Source: Candidatus Cloacimonadales bacterium
GTDB lineage: Bacteria; Cloacimonadota; Cloacimonadia; Cloacimonadales; JAFGVF01
Reading direction: 5' to 3'
Assembly: GCA_963677495.2 (NCBI GenBank)
Contig: CAXXOU010000004.1
Span: 992,001 to 1,056,000, forward strand
DNA length: 64,000 nucleotides
Shown here one piece after another: positions 21,776 through 32,173 of this stretch. The position numbers and the translations under genes were made by a program. How positions within the stretch are numbered: the stretch's first letter is position 1; each line of letters starts with the position of its first letter. The notes under the pieces are model-generated. The model ran no database searches and was not told the origin of the DNA. It worked only from the letters and a program-made list of their open reading frames with translations.

Positions 21776-23059
21776 ATGCCTTTGACTCCTGATAGTAGAA
21801 TCTATGCTCTAGTTGATTGTAATAGCTTCTATGCTTCATGTGAACGAGTTTTTCGACCTGATTTAAAAGGAAAACCTATTGCTGTCCTTTCAAACAATGA
21901 TGGTTGTATTGTTGCTAGATCTGCAGAGCTAAAGGCTCTGGGAATTCCAATGGGGGCTCCCGTATTTAAGTATGAAGATAAAATCACTAGAGCTGGTGGA
22001 GTAATTTTCTCTTCAAACTATGAACTATATGCTGATCTTTCCAATAGAGTCATGACAGTTCTGGATCGATTTACCCCAGAGCTTGAGATATACTCAATTG
22101 ATGAAGCCTTTTTGCTTCTAACAGGATTTAAAGATAGAGACCTTATTAAACTTGGGACGGAAATAAAAGAAACTGTGTTTCAATGGACAGGGATACCGGT
22201 TTCAGTTGGAATAGGTTCCACAAAGACACAAGCTAAAGTAGCAAACCATATCGCTAAGAGATATATGAAATTCAATTACGTTTTCTCAATGTATAAGCAT
22301 CCAAAGATAGATACAGTTCTAGACTATGTTCCTGTAGATGATATCTGGGGAATAGGCAGGCAATATGCTAGATTTCTAAATCAAAATGGTATAACTACAG
22401 CAAAATTACTTAGAGATGCAGATTTGCAATGGATCCGAAAATATATGACAGTAGTAGGAGCAAGAACTGTTTTAGAACTGAAGGGAATAGATTGTCTTGA
22501 ACTGGATATGGTTGAAGCTCCCAAGAAAGGAATCGTGTCGTCACGCTCCTTTGGTAAACCGGTTTCCAACCTGGAGGAACTTGAGGAAGCTGTCTCTACA
22601 TATATGACAAGAGCGTGCGAAAAACTACGAAATCAGAATTCAATAGCTTCGTATATTACAGTATTTCTGGGAACAAATCGATTTAAACCGGAAGCTCAGT
22701 ATTCAAACTCTTTGACCACAAAACTTCATGAGCCAACTGCATATACTCCAAAACTTATCGAAACCGGTATTCAGTTGTTAAAAGCTATATATAAACCTCA
22801 ATTTAATTATAAAAAAGCAGGAGTTATGCTAACCGGTATCGTAAATCAATTCAATGTTCCACCTGATGCCTTCGAACCAGCTTATGTTGATGATAAAACT
22901 AAAACAATTATGGATACGGTGGATCGTCTAAACAAAATACTAGGTCGTGATACCTTATACTACGCTAGTAACGGTGACAAACAAGAATGGCAAATGCGTA
23001 GAGAAAAACTCTCTCCTAAATATACTACAAGCTGGGACGATCTACCAACTGTTAAATGA
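21776..23059 (+). CDS. umuC: DNA polymerase V catalytic subunit (Y family)
   Basis: DCNSFYASCE, LSNNDGC, YSIDE, C-terminal WQMRRE.LSP.YTT. Confidence 0.95.
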   Translation: MPLTPDSRIYALVDCNSFYASCERVFRPDLKGKPIAVLSNNDGCIVARSAELKALGIPMGAPVFKYEDKITRAGGVIFSSNYELYADLSNRVMTVLDRFTPELEIYSIDEAFLLLTGFKDRDLIKLGTEIKETVFQWTGIPVSVGIGSTKTQAKVANHIAKRYMKFNYVFSMYKHPKIDTVLDYVPVDDIWGIGRQYARFLNQNGITTAKLLRDADLQWIRKYMTVVGARTVLELKGIDCLELDMVEAPKKGIVSSRSFGKPVSNLEELEEAVSTYMTRACEKLRNQNSIASYITVFLGTNRFKPEAQYSNSLTTKLHEPTAYTPKLIETGIQLLKAIYKPQFNYKKAGVMLTGIVNQFNVPPDAFEPAYVDDKTKTIMDTVDRLNKILGRDTLYYASNGDKQEWQMRREKLSPKYTTSWDDLPTVK

Positions 23060-23263
23060 TAAAGTGTTCCTAATCTATTTCAAACAAATCTTCTCTGAAT
23101 TTATACCCTCTTTAAACAAAGCTTAAAGAACTGCATAATAAAATATTAGCGATAATTCAGCCAGCTGATATCTAAGCTGTTCTTCAACTATTTAAATAAC
23201 TGTTTTCATGCCTATTTTAATGTTCATTTTACATATTAACCACCAATATGCCCCTTAACAAAA

Positions 23264-23313
23264 ACAAGGAATTACGTTGGATCCACCAAGGAGCCACCAA
23301 GGACCCTCCTAGG
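23264..23313. repeat. 11-bp phased array with CCAAGG-like core (single arm)
   Basis: ACAAGG 23264, CGTTGG 23275, CCAAGG 23286, CCAAGG 23297, CCTAGG 23308. Confidence 0.6.
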
Positions 23314-23325
23314 CGAAGCCCAAAG

Positions 23326-23346
23326 TTATTCACATCGCGTGGATAA
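23326..23346. promoter_or_regulatory. Inverted pair of DnaA-box-like sites
   Basis: TTATTCACA matches TTWTNCACA; CGTGGATAA is TTATCCACG on the minus strand (1 mismatch). Confidence 0.4.
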
Positions 23347-23558
23347 CTTTCTCCAATGTTAAAGCAATTTCTTAATCGGGGGCATTAAGGTAGCGCAGAA
23401 ATCATGGAATATATGTGTGAACGGTGGGTATGTGTGGAGACTTGGAATTCGATAAGTAGTTAATAGATATCAACAAGTTCTGCATTAGTTTGATAATCTT
23501 TGAAAGTAATCATTGACATGTAAATATCTAAAGTCGATTCTTAGTATGAGGTAATATA

Positions 23559-24266
23559 ATGTACTCATATTCTAAAACAACAACAGGATTGAAATCGAAC
23601 GTAAATGAAGATTCGTTTTATTCATCTACAGATAAAAGCGAACAAGTCTACCTTCTATGCGATGGAATGGGAGGACATCCTGCTGGGGATATTGCATCAA
23701 GACTTTGTATAAAATACTTCTTAGAAGAGTACAGTAGCATGCAATCATTATTAACTACAACAAAAAATGTTAATCGTAGATTGAGAGAATATGCTTCAGC
23801 GTATCCAGATTGCCATAGGATGGGAACAACACTTATAGGTCTTTTTTTGAAGAAAGATATTGCAGAAATAGTTAGTGTAGGGGATAGTAGAATTTACCTT
23901 TTTACTGCAAAGGACTTTGAACAGTTGACTGAGGACCAATCTCCGGTTTGGGAACTGTTTGCTCAGGGAATGATAGAGAAGGATGATATAATAACTCATC
24001 CTCGAAAGAATATCATTAAAGAAGCTATTGGTCTTCACGATGAACCTGCAGTCAATCTTTATAGAGTTCAGTATCCTTCAGAGCATTGGATTTTTCTACT
24101 CTGTAGCGACGGGTTAACCGATGTTACCACAGATTCAGAGATTCATAATGTTTTGAAACAAGCGAAATCTTTAAAAGAGGGAGTTGAAGGTTTATCCAGA
24201 GTTGCCATTCAGAACAAATCTAGGGATGATATTACAATCACTTTAGTTTCAAATTATTTGGAATAA
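23559..24266 (+). CDS. PP2C-family Ser/Thr protein phosphatase
   Basis: NED, CDGMGGH, MGTT, VGDSR, LCSDGL, DDIT. Confidence 0.95.
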   Translation: MYSYSKTTTGLKSNVNEDSFYSSTDKSEQVYLLCDGMGGHPAGDIASRLCIKYFLEEYSSMQSLLTTTKNVNRRLREYASAYPDCHRMGTTLIGLFLKKDIAEIVSVGDSRIYLFTAKDFEQLTEDQSPVWELFAQGMIEKDDIITHPRKNIIKEAIGLHDEPAVNLYRVQYPSEHWIFLLCSDGLTDVTTDSEIHNVLKQAKSLKEGVEGLSRVAIQNKSRDDITITLVSNYLE

Positions 24267-24508
24267 CTAGCAGTAACAGTAAAAAATATATGGAAGTACT
24301 TATAAAACTGCTTAAAAAAATAAGTGCATTGAGCTAATCTATAAGTGAATAACTGTTGAATACAGTAGGTTTTTATTTAAAAAAAGCAAGTCTAGTTTAT
24401 TATGGTATCTCTTTCTAATCAAACCTATCTTAGATTTACCCTTTAATGCACTAAGATATGTCTTGACTTTAGTGTATGAGATATTTTTTTTAATTAAAAG
24501 AAATATGA

Positions 24509-25036
24509 ATGGAAATTATGTCATCAGAATTAAAATTAGATAAATCAAAAAAACAACTGTATCTTGCTTTTTTTACGGCATTTGCAGTAACAGCATATAT
24601 ATTTGAAGCAGTGATACCGAAGCCTCTACCTTTTGTGCGTATTGGGCTTGCAAATATTGCTGTGCTTTTGCTCATTGCAGATGGTTTTGCAGTCTTAGGC
24701 TTTGCGGTTTCTCTGCTAAAAATAGTTATAGGTGGATTCTTTATAGGAACGCTTTTCACGCTTGTTTCTCTCATATCTCTTGGGGGAAGTATTTGTGCTG
24801 TAGCTGTAATGATTATAGCTTATAAGACAAAAACAGGATTAAGCTTGATCGGCGTAAGTATACTTGGTGCTATTGTACATAATCTAGCACAGTTAATCGT
24901 ACTCCGGCTAATCATGATCCAATCTGATTCTGTTTATAGATTTATCCCTATTTTATTAATTATTGGTCTAGTCTCTGGTTCAATAACAGGATTTGTATCA
25001 TTATTGCTAAGAAAAAAAATATCTTTCGGGGCATAA
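24509..25036 (+). CDS. Gx transporter / heptaprenyl diphosphate synthase component I family membrane protein
   Basis: E..IPKPLPFVRIGLAN and SILGAIVHNLAQL; hydrophobic. Confidence 0.85.
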   Translation: MEIMSSELKLDKSKKQLYLAFFTAFAVTAYIFEAVIPKPLPFVRIGLANIAVLLLIADGFAVLGFAVSLLKIVIGGFFIGTLFTLVSLISLGGSICAVAVMIIAYKTKTGLSLIGVSILGAIVHNLAQLIVLRLIMIQSDSVYRFIPILLIIGLVSGSITGFVSLLLRKKISFGA

Positions 25037-25037
25037 A

Positions 25038-27161
25038 ATGGAAGACTTGAAGAAATATTTTAAGAAGTACCTCTTTATTGAAGCTTGTATAGTGATGGGT
25101 GTAATTGGCATCGTTTTAGGAATTCTATGGTACTATTCTGACGAATTGCCACCTGTTACAGAAATGCGTAACTATCATATGGCTCAAGGTTCTGAAGTTT
25201 ATGATAGGTATGGAAGATTAATACATATGTTTGCGTTTGAAAAACGAACCATGGCTTACTATCAGGAGTTGCCATCATACTTGGTGGATGCACTAATTGC
25301 AACAGAAGATAACAATTTCTACAACCACTTTGGTGTTGATGTAAAGGGTACTACCAGAGCGATGCTTGTGAATCTGAGAAGAGGGGGGTTCTCGCAGGGA
25401 GCTTCAACAATAACTCAGCAGCTTGCCAGAGCACTTTTCCTAACACAAAATAAGCAGATGACTCGAAAGATTAAAGAAGCTATGCTTGCATTGATAATTG
25501 AGAAGAATTTTTCTAAAAGTGAAATTATCGAGATGTATTTCAATAAAGTTTATTTTGGTGGTGGAGTATATGGCATTGAAACTGCAGCTAAGCATTACTT
25601 CAAGAAGTCAGCAAGTGAACTGTCTTTACCAGAGGCTGCAACTTTAGCAGGTATTTTACAGATACCTAATTATCTTAATCCGATTAAACATCCTGAAAGA
25701 GCGATCAAAAGGCGTAATCTAGTACTGAAACGAATGTATGAAGAAGATAAGATAAATCAGGAACAGTTCCTCGTTGCTAAAAATGCTCCATTGATTCAAG
25801 ATCGAGCACCGGTAAAAAATGACCCAGCTGATTATTTTATAGAACATATCAGATTGCAACTAGAGCGTAAATATGGAACACAGATGTTGTTTGAAGGTGG
25901 TCTGAAGATATATACTACTATGGACTATGACCTTACACAGTATGCTGATTCTGTAATGAATGAGTATTTAACGAAACGTGAAGAATCTAGAGGTTACGAA
26001 AAGAAATATGCAGACTTTTCACCAACTCAAGATGACATAAAAACTCCATATCTGCAAGGTGGAATGTTATCTCTTGAAGCAGAGACAGGAGAAGTTCTAG
26101 CTATGCTCGGTGGCAGAAACCACAACCATAGCAAGTTTAACAGAATGATACATGCTAGACGTTCCCCTGGTTCATCAGTAAAACCAATACTTTACACATC
26201 AGGACTAGAAAAAGGTTATACACCTGCCACTGTCATTCAGGATGCTCCGACCGTTGTTCATTTGTTATCAGGGCAGGAATGGAGACCGCATAATTATCGA
26301 AGAAACAGATATTACGGATATGTCACATTAAGAGAGGCTTTAGCAAACTCACACAATGTTTGGGCAGTAAAAGCATTATATGATATAGGTGCAGCAAATT
26401 TTGCTCAAATGGCTTATAGATTTGGTTTAACTACAGGGAAACACGCAAATATGTCAAGTGCATTGGGTACTACCGAAGTAAAACCCATTAACTTAATCTC
26501 ATCATATACCACATTCCCGAACAATGGATGGCGAGTAATACCACAGTTCATTAAAAAAGTGGTAGATAGAGATGGTAAAATACTTGAAGAGATGGTAGTA
26601 AGAAAAGAGGAAGTGTGTAATCCTGAAGTTGCATATTTAATGACCAATATGATGGAAAGTGTTGTAACAAGAGGTTCCGGTTGGATGGCTAAACTCAATG
26701 GTATGGATCTACCAGCAGCAGGGAAAACAGGTACAACTGACAATTATAAGGATGCTTGGTTTATTGGGTTTAACAAGAAGATAGTGACAGGTATATGGGT
26801 AGGATTTGATACCAACATCAGCATGGGAGATAAGATGTCAGGTGGTGTTGTTTGTGCCCCTCCTTGGTCAAAAATACAGTTAAAAGCAATAATCAATCAG
26901 AATCATGGTGTAAAACCTAAAAAGAATGATTCCAGATATAGATTCGTAGTGCCTGAGAATATTGTTAAAGTGCCAATTAATCCAACTACAGGATTCTTGG
27001 CTTTCAATGAAGAGAATGCAAAAGATGAGGTATTTATTGATGGTACTGAGCCAAAAGAATTCTTGAGCAGTTCTATGTATAATTTTTATCCGACTCAATA
27101 CAAAATGAGTGCAGATTCTGTGATGGTATTAGAGGAGAAATCAGTGAGATGGTATAATTAA
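25038..27161 (+). CDS. Class A penicillin-binding protein (PBP1A)
   Basis: EDNNFYNH, GASTITQQL transglycosylase motifs; SSVK, SHN, KTG transpeptidase motifs. Confidence 0.95.
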   Translation: MEDLKKYFKKYLFIEACIVMGVIGIVLGILWYYSDELPPVTEMRNYHMAQGSEVYDRYGRLIHMFAFEKRTMAYYQELPSYLVDALIATEDNNFYNHFGVDVKGTTRAMLVNLRRGGFSQGASTITQQLARALFLTQNKQMTRKIKEAMLALIIEKNFSKSEIIEMYFNKVYFGGGVYGIETAAKHYFKKSASELSLPEAATLAGILQIPNYLNPIKHPERAIKRRNLVLKRMYEEDKINQEQFLVAKNAPLIQDRAPVKNDPADYFIEHIRLQLERKYGTQMLFEGGLKIYTTMDYDLTQYADSVMNEYLTKREESRGYEKKYADFSPTQDDIKTPYLQGGMLSLEAETGEVLAMLGGRNHNHSKFNRMIHARRSPGSSVKPILYTSGLEKGYTPATVIQDAPTVVHLLSGQEWRPHNYRRNRYYGYVTLREALANSHNVWAVKALYDIGAANFAQMAYRFGLTTGKHANMSSALGTTEVKPINLISSYTTFPNNGWRVIPQFIKKVVDRDGKILEEMVVRKEEVCNPEVAYLMTNMMESVVTRGSGWMAKLNGMDLPAAGKTGTTDNYKDAWFIGFNKKIVTGIWVGFDTNISMGDKMSGGVVCAPPWSKIQLKAIINQNHGVKPKKNDSRYRFVVPENIVKVPINPTTGFLAFNEENAKDEVFIDGTEPKEFLSSSMYNFYPTQYKMSADSVMVLEEKSVRWYN

Positions 27162-28312
27162 TGGTAACAGACATAATCATTATTCTTGAAGCCATATGTT
27201 CGTTAGGTTACATCTTTTTAACTTTTATGTTTGTGATAGGGATGCTTCGTTACAAAATAAAGAAGAATTATAATAAGAAAACTGTTTCTGTTTGTATAGC
27301 AGCGAGGAATGAGTCTGCTAATCTCAGAAATTTACTTACAGCTTTGGTTAATCAGACTTATTCAACTGAACTTTATGAAGTGATAATTGCTGATGACCTA
27401 TCTGAAGACGATTCTAGAGACATAATCAGAAGCTTTATTACTAAGTATCCTTTTGTTAAACTACTTGAAGTTAAAGATAGAGATCAAGTTGTTTCACCCA
27501 AGAAAAATGCATTAACCAAAGCGATAGCTACGGCTAAAGGAGAGGTTATACTAACTACTGATGCTGATTGCATTGTGAAATCAACATGGGTAGAATCAAT
27601 GGTTACAGCGTTTTATGATGATTCAGTTTCTTTAGTGGCCGGTTATTCTGAAATAGATATAAGAAGGTGGAAAGGAACTTCAGTGTTACATAAGTTTGAG
27701 TATTTTGATTTTGCTGCTTTATATACGGCTGTTATGGGATCCTTTGCATGGGGACATGGTTTAACATGTATTGGACAGAATCTAGCTTATACAAGAAAAG
27801 CATTTAATACAGTTGGTGGATTCGATAAGATTAAGCACTTAATATCAGGAGATGATGTAAACCTATTGCAATTAATGAGAAAGGCAAAACTAAAGACAAT
27901 ATTTAACTTCGATAATGGTAGTTTTGTATCAACCAATAGAATTGTAGGTTGGAAACAACTGATTAACCAGAGGAGCAGATGGGCTTGGAATGTTAAATGG
28001 CAGATAAAATTAAGACCATTGTATTTCTGGTCAATCGCATTAGTACTAATCTATTATTCAGGTGTTATCGCTCTCATATTTTTGAACTGGAAAATGGCAG
28101 TATTTTTCTCTCTTCTAAGAGCTGTATTGGAAATAGTGTTACTATCTGTTGGGTTCCATTATTTAGATGTTGAGAAAAAGAGGATAATGTTCTATCCAAT
28201 CTGGGCTTTCATGATGCCATTTTTATATCTAATTACAGTTCCAATGGGGCAGATGAATATGTTTGAATGGTATGGGAAAAAGCCAACTAAATCAAAAATT
28301 AAGAGGAAGTAA
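27161..28312 (+). CDS. Family 2 glycosyltransferase, membrane-bound
   Basis: AARNE, DDLSED, TDAD, SGDD, QRSRW. Confidence 0.92.
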   Translation: MVTDIIIILEAICSLGYIFLTFMFVIGMLRYKIKKNYNKKTVSVCIAARNESANLRNLLTALVNQTYSTELYEVIIADDLSEDDSRDIIRSFITKYPFVKLLEVKDRDQVVSPKKNALTKAIATAKGEVILTTDADCIVKSTWVESMVTAFYDDSVSLVAGYSEIDIRRWKGTSVLHKFEYFDFAALYTAVMGSFAWGHGLTCIGQNLAYTRKAFNTVGGFDKIKHLISGDDVNLLQLMRKAKLKTIFNFDNGSFVSTNRIVGWKQLINQRSRWAWNVKWQIKLRPLYFWSIALVLIYYSGVIALIFLNWKMAVFFSLLRAVLEIVLLSVGFHYLDVEKKRIMFYPIWAFMMPFLYLITVPMGQMNMFEWYGKKPTKSKIKRK

Positions 28313-29517
28313 TGAATATATATATATTTGACGATGCTAAAACCAGTAATTTTTATCCATTAACTCTTAATAGGGCTACTTGTGACTTAAGGGTTGGTAT
28401 TTTAAAGCTAGGTCAGAGAATCAAAGCTTATTATCAAACAGAGGATACGAACATAATTATTGCAAGGTACTTAGAAGAGCTTTATAAAGAAAGGCATCCC
28501 GATTGGAATGTAAATAATGTTGAAGAAGGTGAAAGCCTTTTTATTAATTCTAGAGTTAGAATTGATGGTGATTTTATCTTTAGTACAACTTCTTTAGATT
28601 TTGGTGAAGGGTTGATGTTAGATGAAGATATAATTGCATTCAAACTTAAGGCAACAGGTATCACATGTTCTACCGAATCACTTGATAGATTATCTAAAAA
28701 TATCTCCTTTTCTCAGATTGATGTAAAAACATGGAACTATCCTTGGGAGCTTGTATCTATGAATGGAGACTTGATAGAACATGATTTTAAAGAATATTTC
28801 TATGATAAGGATAACTACTTTGAAACAGAACATGGAGTGACAGTTGTTAATCCATATAATGTTTGGATAGGAGAAGGAACAAAGCTTGGAGTAAACTCTG
28901 TACTAGACGCTACAAATGGTCCCATAGTAATTGATGAAAACGCAGAAATCATGGCTAATACCTTTATCGAAGGCCCCTGTTTTATAGGTAAGAAATCGAA
29001 GATAAAAGTCGGAGCAAAAATATACGAAGGTACATCAATAGGACCAGTCTGCAAAGTTGGGGGAGAGGTCGAAGAGACAATTATCCAGGCATACACTAAT
29101 AAGCAACATGATGGATTTCTTGGGCATGCTTATTTGGGAGAATGGGTAAACCTGGGAGCTGGAACTTCAAACAGTGATTTAAAAAATACATACAAAAATG
29201 TGAAAGTCTATAACTACAACCTAAAAGATAAGATGGATTCAGGTACTCAATTTATGGGTTGTATTATTGGTGACCATTCAAAGATAGGAATTAACTGTAG
29301 TATTAATACCGGAACTGTAATTGGAATTGGTGCTAATCTTTATGGTAAAGAACTAATAGATGGTTTTATTCCTTCATTTAAATGGGGAGAAAATAGTAAT
29401 TTGGTTGATTATAGAATGTGTAAGTTTTTTGATACAGCCAATTTAGTTAAACGAAGAAGAGCTCTTTCTCTATCTGATGTTGAGAAGGATATATATAAAA
29501 AGATAATAAAGGATTAA
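28312..29517 (+). CDS. GlmU-related sugar-nucleotidyl/acyltransferase with hexapeptide repeats
   Basis: PLTLNR..DLRVGI; left-handed beta-helix repeats; NKQHDGFLGHAYLGEWVNLGAGT. Confidence 0.88.
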   Translation: MNIYIFDDAKTSNFYPLTLNRATCDLRVGILKLGQRIKAYYQTEDTNIIIARYLEELYKERHPDWNVNNVEEGESLFINSRVRIDGDFIFSTTSLDFGEGLMLDEDIIAFKLKATGITCSTESLDRLSKNISFSQIDVKTWNYPWELVSMNGDLIEHDFKEYFYDKDNYFETEHGVTVVNPYNVWIGEGTKLGVNSVLDATNGPIVIDENAEIMANTFIEGPCFIGKKSKIKVGAKIYEGTSIGPVCKVGGEVEETIIQAYTNKQHDGFLGHAYLGEWVNLGAGTSNSDLKNTYKNVKVYNYNLKDKMDSGTQFMGCIIGDHSKIGINCSINTGTVIGIGANLYGKELIDGFIPSFKWGENSNLVDYRMCKFFDTANLVKRRRALSLSDVEKDIYKKIIKD

Positions 29518-29520
29518 TCA

Positions 29521-30360
29521 ATGAGAGAATACATAGAAGTCGAATATCGAAACAATAGACTCGGTTACTATTTACTACCTGAAGGAATGGAAATGAAACC
29601 GGATGACTGGATTATTGGCACTGTTGATCGAGGACATGACATTGCCAAAGTTATTAATACATCGATCACCGGAGAGGACATTGACGCTATTTTTGATAGT
29701 CAAAATGATCCAAAGATAGTTAGATTAGCTACTGAAGAAGACTTGCAGAAGCTGGCAAATATAGAGAGTAAAGAAGAAAAAGCATCTGAGACGTTTGTTT
29801 CAATACTTCCGAAGTATGATTTTGAGATGAAACTTATTGGAACTGTCTATCAATTTGATGGTAATAAACTTACATTTTTCTTTACTGCTCCTGGAAGAGT
29901 TGATTTCAGAATGTTTGTTAGAGAGTTAGCAAATGCCTTTAAAACCAGAATTGAGCTCCACCAGACAACCGGTAGGGAAGAGGCAAAAAGAATTGGTGGT
30001 TTCGGAATGTGTGGTAAAGCATATTGTTGTTCTACTTTTATGAAAAGATTCAACCAAGTTACAATTAAAATGGCTAAAGACCAGAACCTGTCAGGTAACT
30101 TATCAAAGATCTCAGGACCATGCGGTCGTCTACTATGTTGTCTACATTTCGAAGAAGACTATTATTTGGAACAGGCAAAAGATTTCCCTGATGTAGGACA
30201 AGGTGTAATCTATAATAAAGAAAAAATGTATGTTTTTAGATGCGATTACTATAACAAAATGATTTTCTTAGCTAATTCTGACGAGATGATCGAATCAGTT
30301 GATTTGGAAGAGTTCAAAAAGTTAAAAAAGATACGTAGTAATTATGTCAGAGAAAGATAA
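29521..30360 (+). CDS. ricT: PSP1/RicT (YaaT)-family protein
   Basis: GRVDFR, TRIEL, CG..YCC, MAKDQNL..KISGPCGRLLCCL. Confidence 0.88.
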   Translation: MREYIEVEYRNNRLGYYLLPEGMEMKPDDWIIGTVDRGHDIAKVINTSITGEDIDAIFDSQNDPKIVRLATEEDLQKLANIESKEEKASETFVSILPKYDFEMKLIGTVYQFDGNKLTFFFTAPGRVDFRMFVRELANAFKTRIELHQTTGREEAKRIGGFGMCGKAYCCSTFMKRFNQVTIKMAKDQNLSGNLSKISGPCGRLLCCLHFEEDYYLEQAKDFPDVGQGVIYNKEKMYVFRCDYYNKMIFLANSDEMIESVDLEEFKKLKKIRSNYVRER

Positions 30361-31387
30361 CATTTTCAGCTATTCTGCTGATGAGTTATACCAAGAATTA
30401 ATAGTTGGTAATGTTAAAAAGTATAGAGTTAAGCAACTTTTAGATTGGCTTTATCGTAAATATGAGAACAATCCTGATAAGATGACAAACCTTTCAAAGG
30501 AATATAGAGAATCTCTGAAAGATAGATTTGACTTTTATCTACCTAAAATTGTAAATGAAGCTCATTCTAAAGATGGATCGACTAAGTATCTTCTTCAATT
30601 ATCAGATAAAAGCAAAATTGAGATGGTTTTAATGCCATCTGAAGAAAAGATAACTTTATGTATCTCTTCTCAGGTAGGCTGTGCCAGAGATTGTTTATTC
30701 TGCGCAACTGGAAAATTGGGATTAAAGAGAAATCTTACTGTCGCTGAAATTATTGGACAGGTAATCTTAGCACAACGCAAGTGTAATCCAAAGAAACTCT
30801 CAAATATTGTTTTCATGGGTATGGGAGAACCTTTGGATAATTACGATAATTTGATTAAAAGTCTCAAGATTTTGGCAGATACTGATACAATTGGTTTTAG
30901 CCCAAGGCGAACTACTGTTTCAACATGTGGTGTAGTTAACAGAATCAAAGATTTAGCTGATTCTGGAATAAAAGCTAAATTAGCAGTTTCTTTAAACGCT
31001 GCTATTAATAGCAAACGCGATATACTTATGCCAATCAATAAAAGGTTTAATCTAGAAGAATTAAAAGAAGCACTACAGTACTATCTTAACAAGTCTACTT
31101 TTAGAGTAACTTTTGAATATGTATTGATAAAAAATTATAATATGGCTAGAGAAGATATTAAAGCTTTGATAAAGTTTACTGGGGACTTATCCTGTAAAAT
31201 AAATCTGATAAAATGGAATCGAATCGATGGCTTACCATATGAAAGCCCTAAAAACATAGAAGTAGATAGATTTAAGACAGCAATAATGAGAGTTAATAAA
31301 GCAGTAACACTTAGGAATAGCAGAGGAGACGATATTGCGGCTGCATGTGGTCAACTTGCCAGAACAAATTATGAGGAGAAGTTATGA
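30344..31387 (+). CDS. rlmN: Dual-specificity RNA methyltransferase
   Basis: CISSQVGC..DC.FC radical-SAM motif, MGMGEP, AACGQL. Confidence 0.95.
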   Translation: MSEKDNIFSYSADELYQELIVGNVKKYRVKQLLDWLYRKYENNPDKMTNLSKEYRESLKDRFDFYLPKIVNEAHSKDGSTKYLLQLSDKSKIEMVLMPSEEKITLCISSQVGCARDCLFCATGKLGLKRNLTVAEIIGQVILAQRKCNPKKLSNIVFMGMGEPLDNYDNLIKSLKILADTDTIGFSPRRTTVSTCGVVNRIKDLADSGIKAKLAVSLNAAINSKRDILMPINKRFNLEELKEALQYYLNKSTFRVTFEYVLIKNYNMAREDIKALIKFTGDLSCKINLIKWNRIDGLPYESPKNIEVDRFKTAIMRVNKAVTLRNSRGDDIAAACGQLARTNYEEKL

Positions 31388-32166
31388 TAGATGTTGTTGA
31401 AATAGCACGTAAACTTTTTAACCCTGAGACTGAGATCGATTCTCCATCAGGTGGAGCACATATTTTTTCATTGGACGTCTCAGTAGATCATAAAAATATA
31501 CCTGATCAGCTACCAACTGACTTTGAAGACCTATCGCAGTATATTGATCATACAATACTTAAAGCTGATGCTTCCAATGATGCTATTATCAAAATCTGCA
31601 AAGAAGCAGAACAGCATAAATTTCGATCTGTATGTGTTAACCCTGTAAATGCATCCTTAGCAAAAAAGCATCTTCCCACTGTTGATTTATGTTGTGTTGT
31701 GGGATTCCCATTAGGACAGTCTTCTTCTGAAATCAAAGCTCAAGAAGCATGGAAAGCGATTAGAGATGGCGCGAATGAAATAGATATGGTAATAAATGTA
31801 GGTTGGCTAAAATCAGAGCAATTTGACCTTGTTTTTAAAGATATTAAAGCTGTATCTGATGTATGTAATGCTGATGGAATAGTGTTAAAAGTCATTATAG
31901 AAACTTGTTTGCTATCTGAGGAAGAAAAAGTTATAGCCTGCTTATTATCTAAAAAAGCTGAAGCTCATTTTGTTAAAACATCCACCGGTTTTAGCTCTGC
32001 CGGGGCAACAGTTGAAGATATTGCCCTTATGCGCAAAGTTGTAGGTCCAAAGTTAGGAGTCAAAGCCTCCGGTGGAGTTAGAACAAGAGAGAAAGCTTTG
32101 GATATGCTTAGAGCTGGTGCTAATAGGATTGGTGCTAGTAGTAGTATCAGTATCATAAAAGGATAG
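31384..32166 (+). CDS. deoC: Deoxyribose-phosphate aldolase
   Basis: IDHTIL, VGFPLG, EIDMV, KTSTGF, KASGG, RIGAS. Confidence 0.95.
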   Translation: MIDVVEIARKLFNPETEIDSPSGGAHIFSLDVSVDHKNIPDQLPTDFEDLSQYIDHTILKADASNDAIIKICKEAEQHKFRSVCVNPVNASLAKKHLPTVDLCCVVGFPLGQSSSEIKAQEAWKAIRDGANEIDMVINVGWLKSEQFDLVFKDIKAVSDVCNADGIVLKVIIETCLLSEEEKVIACLLSKKAEAHFVKTSTGFSSAGATVEDIALMRKVVGPKLGVKASGGVRTREKALDMLRAGANRIGASSSISIIKG

Positions 32167-32173
32167 AACAGGT

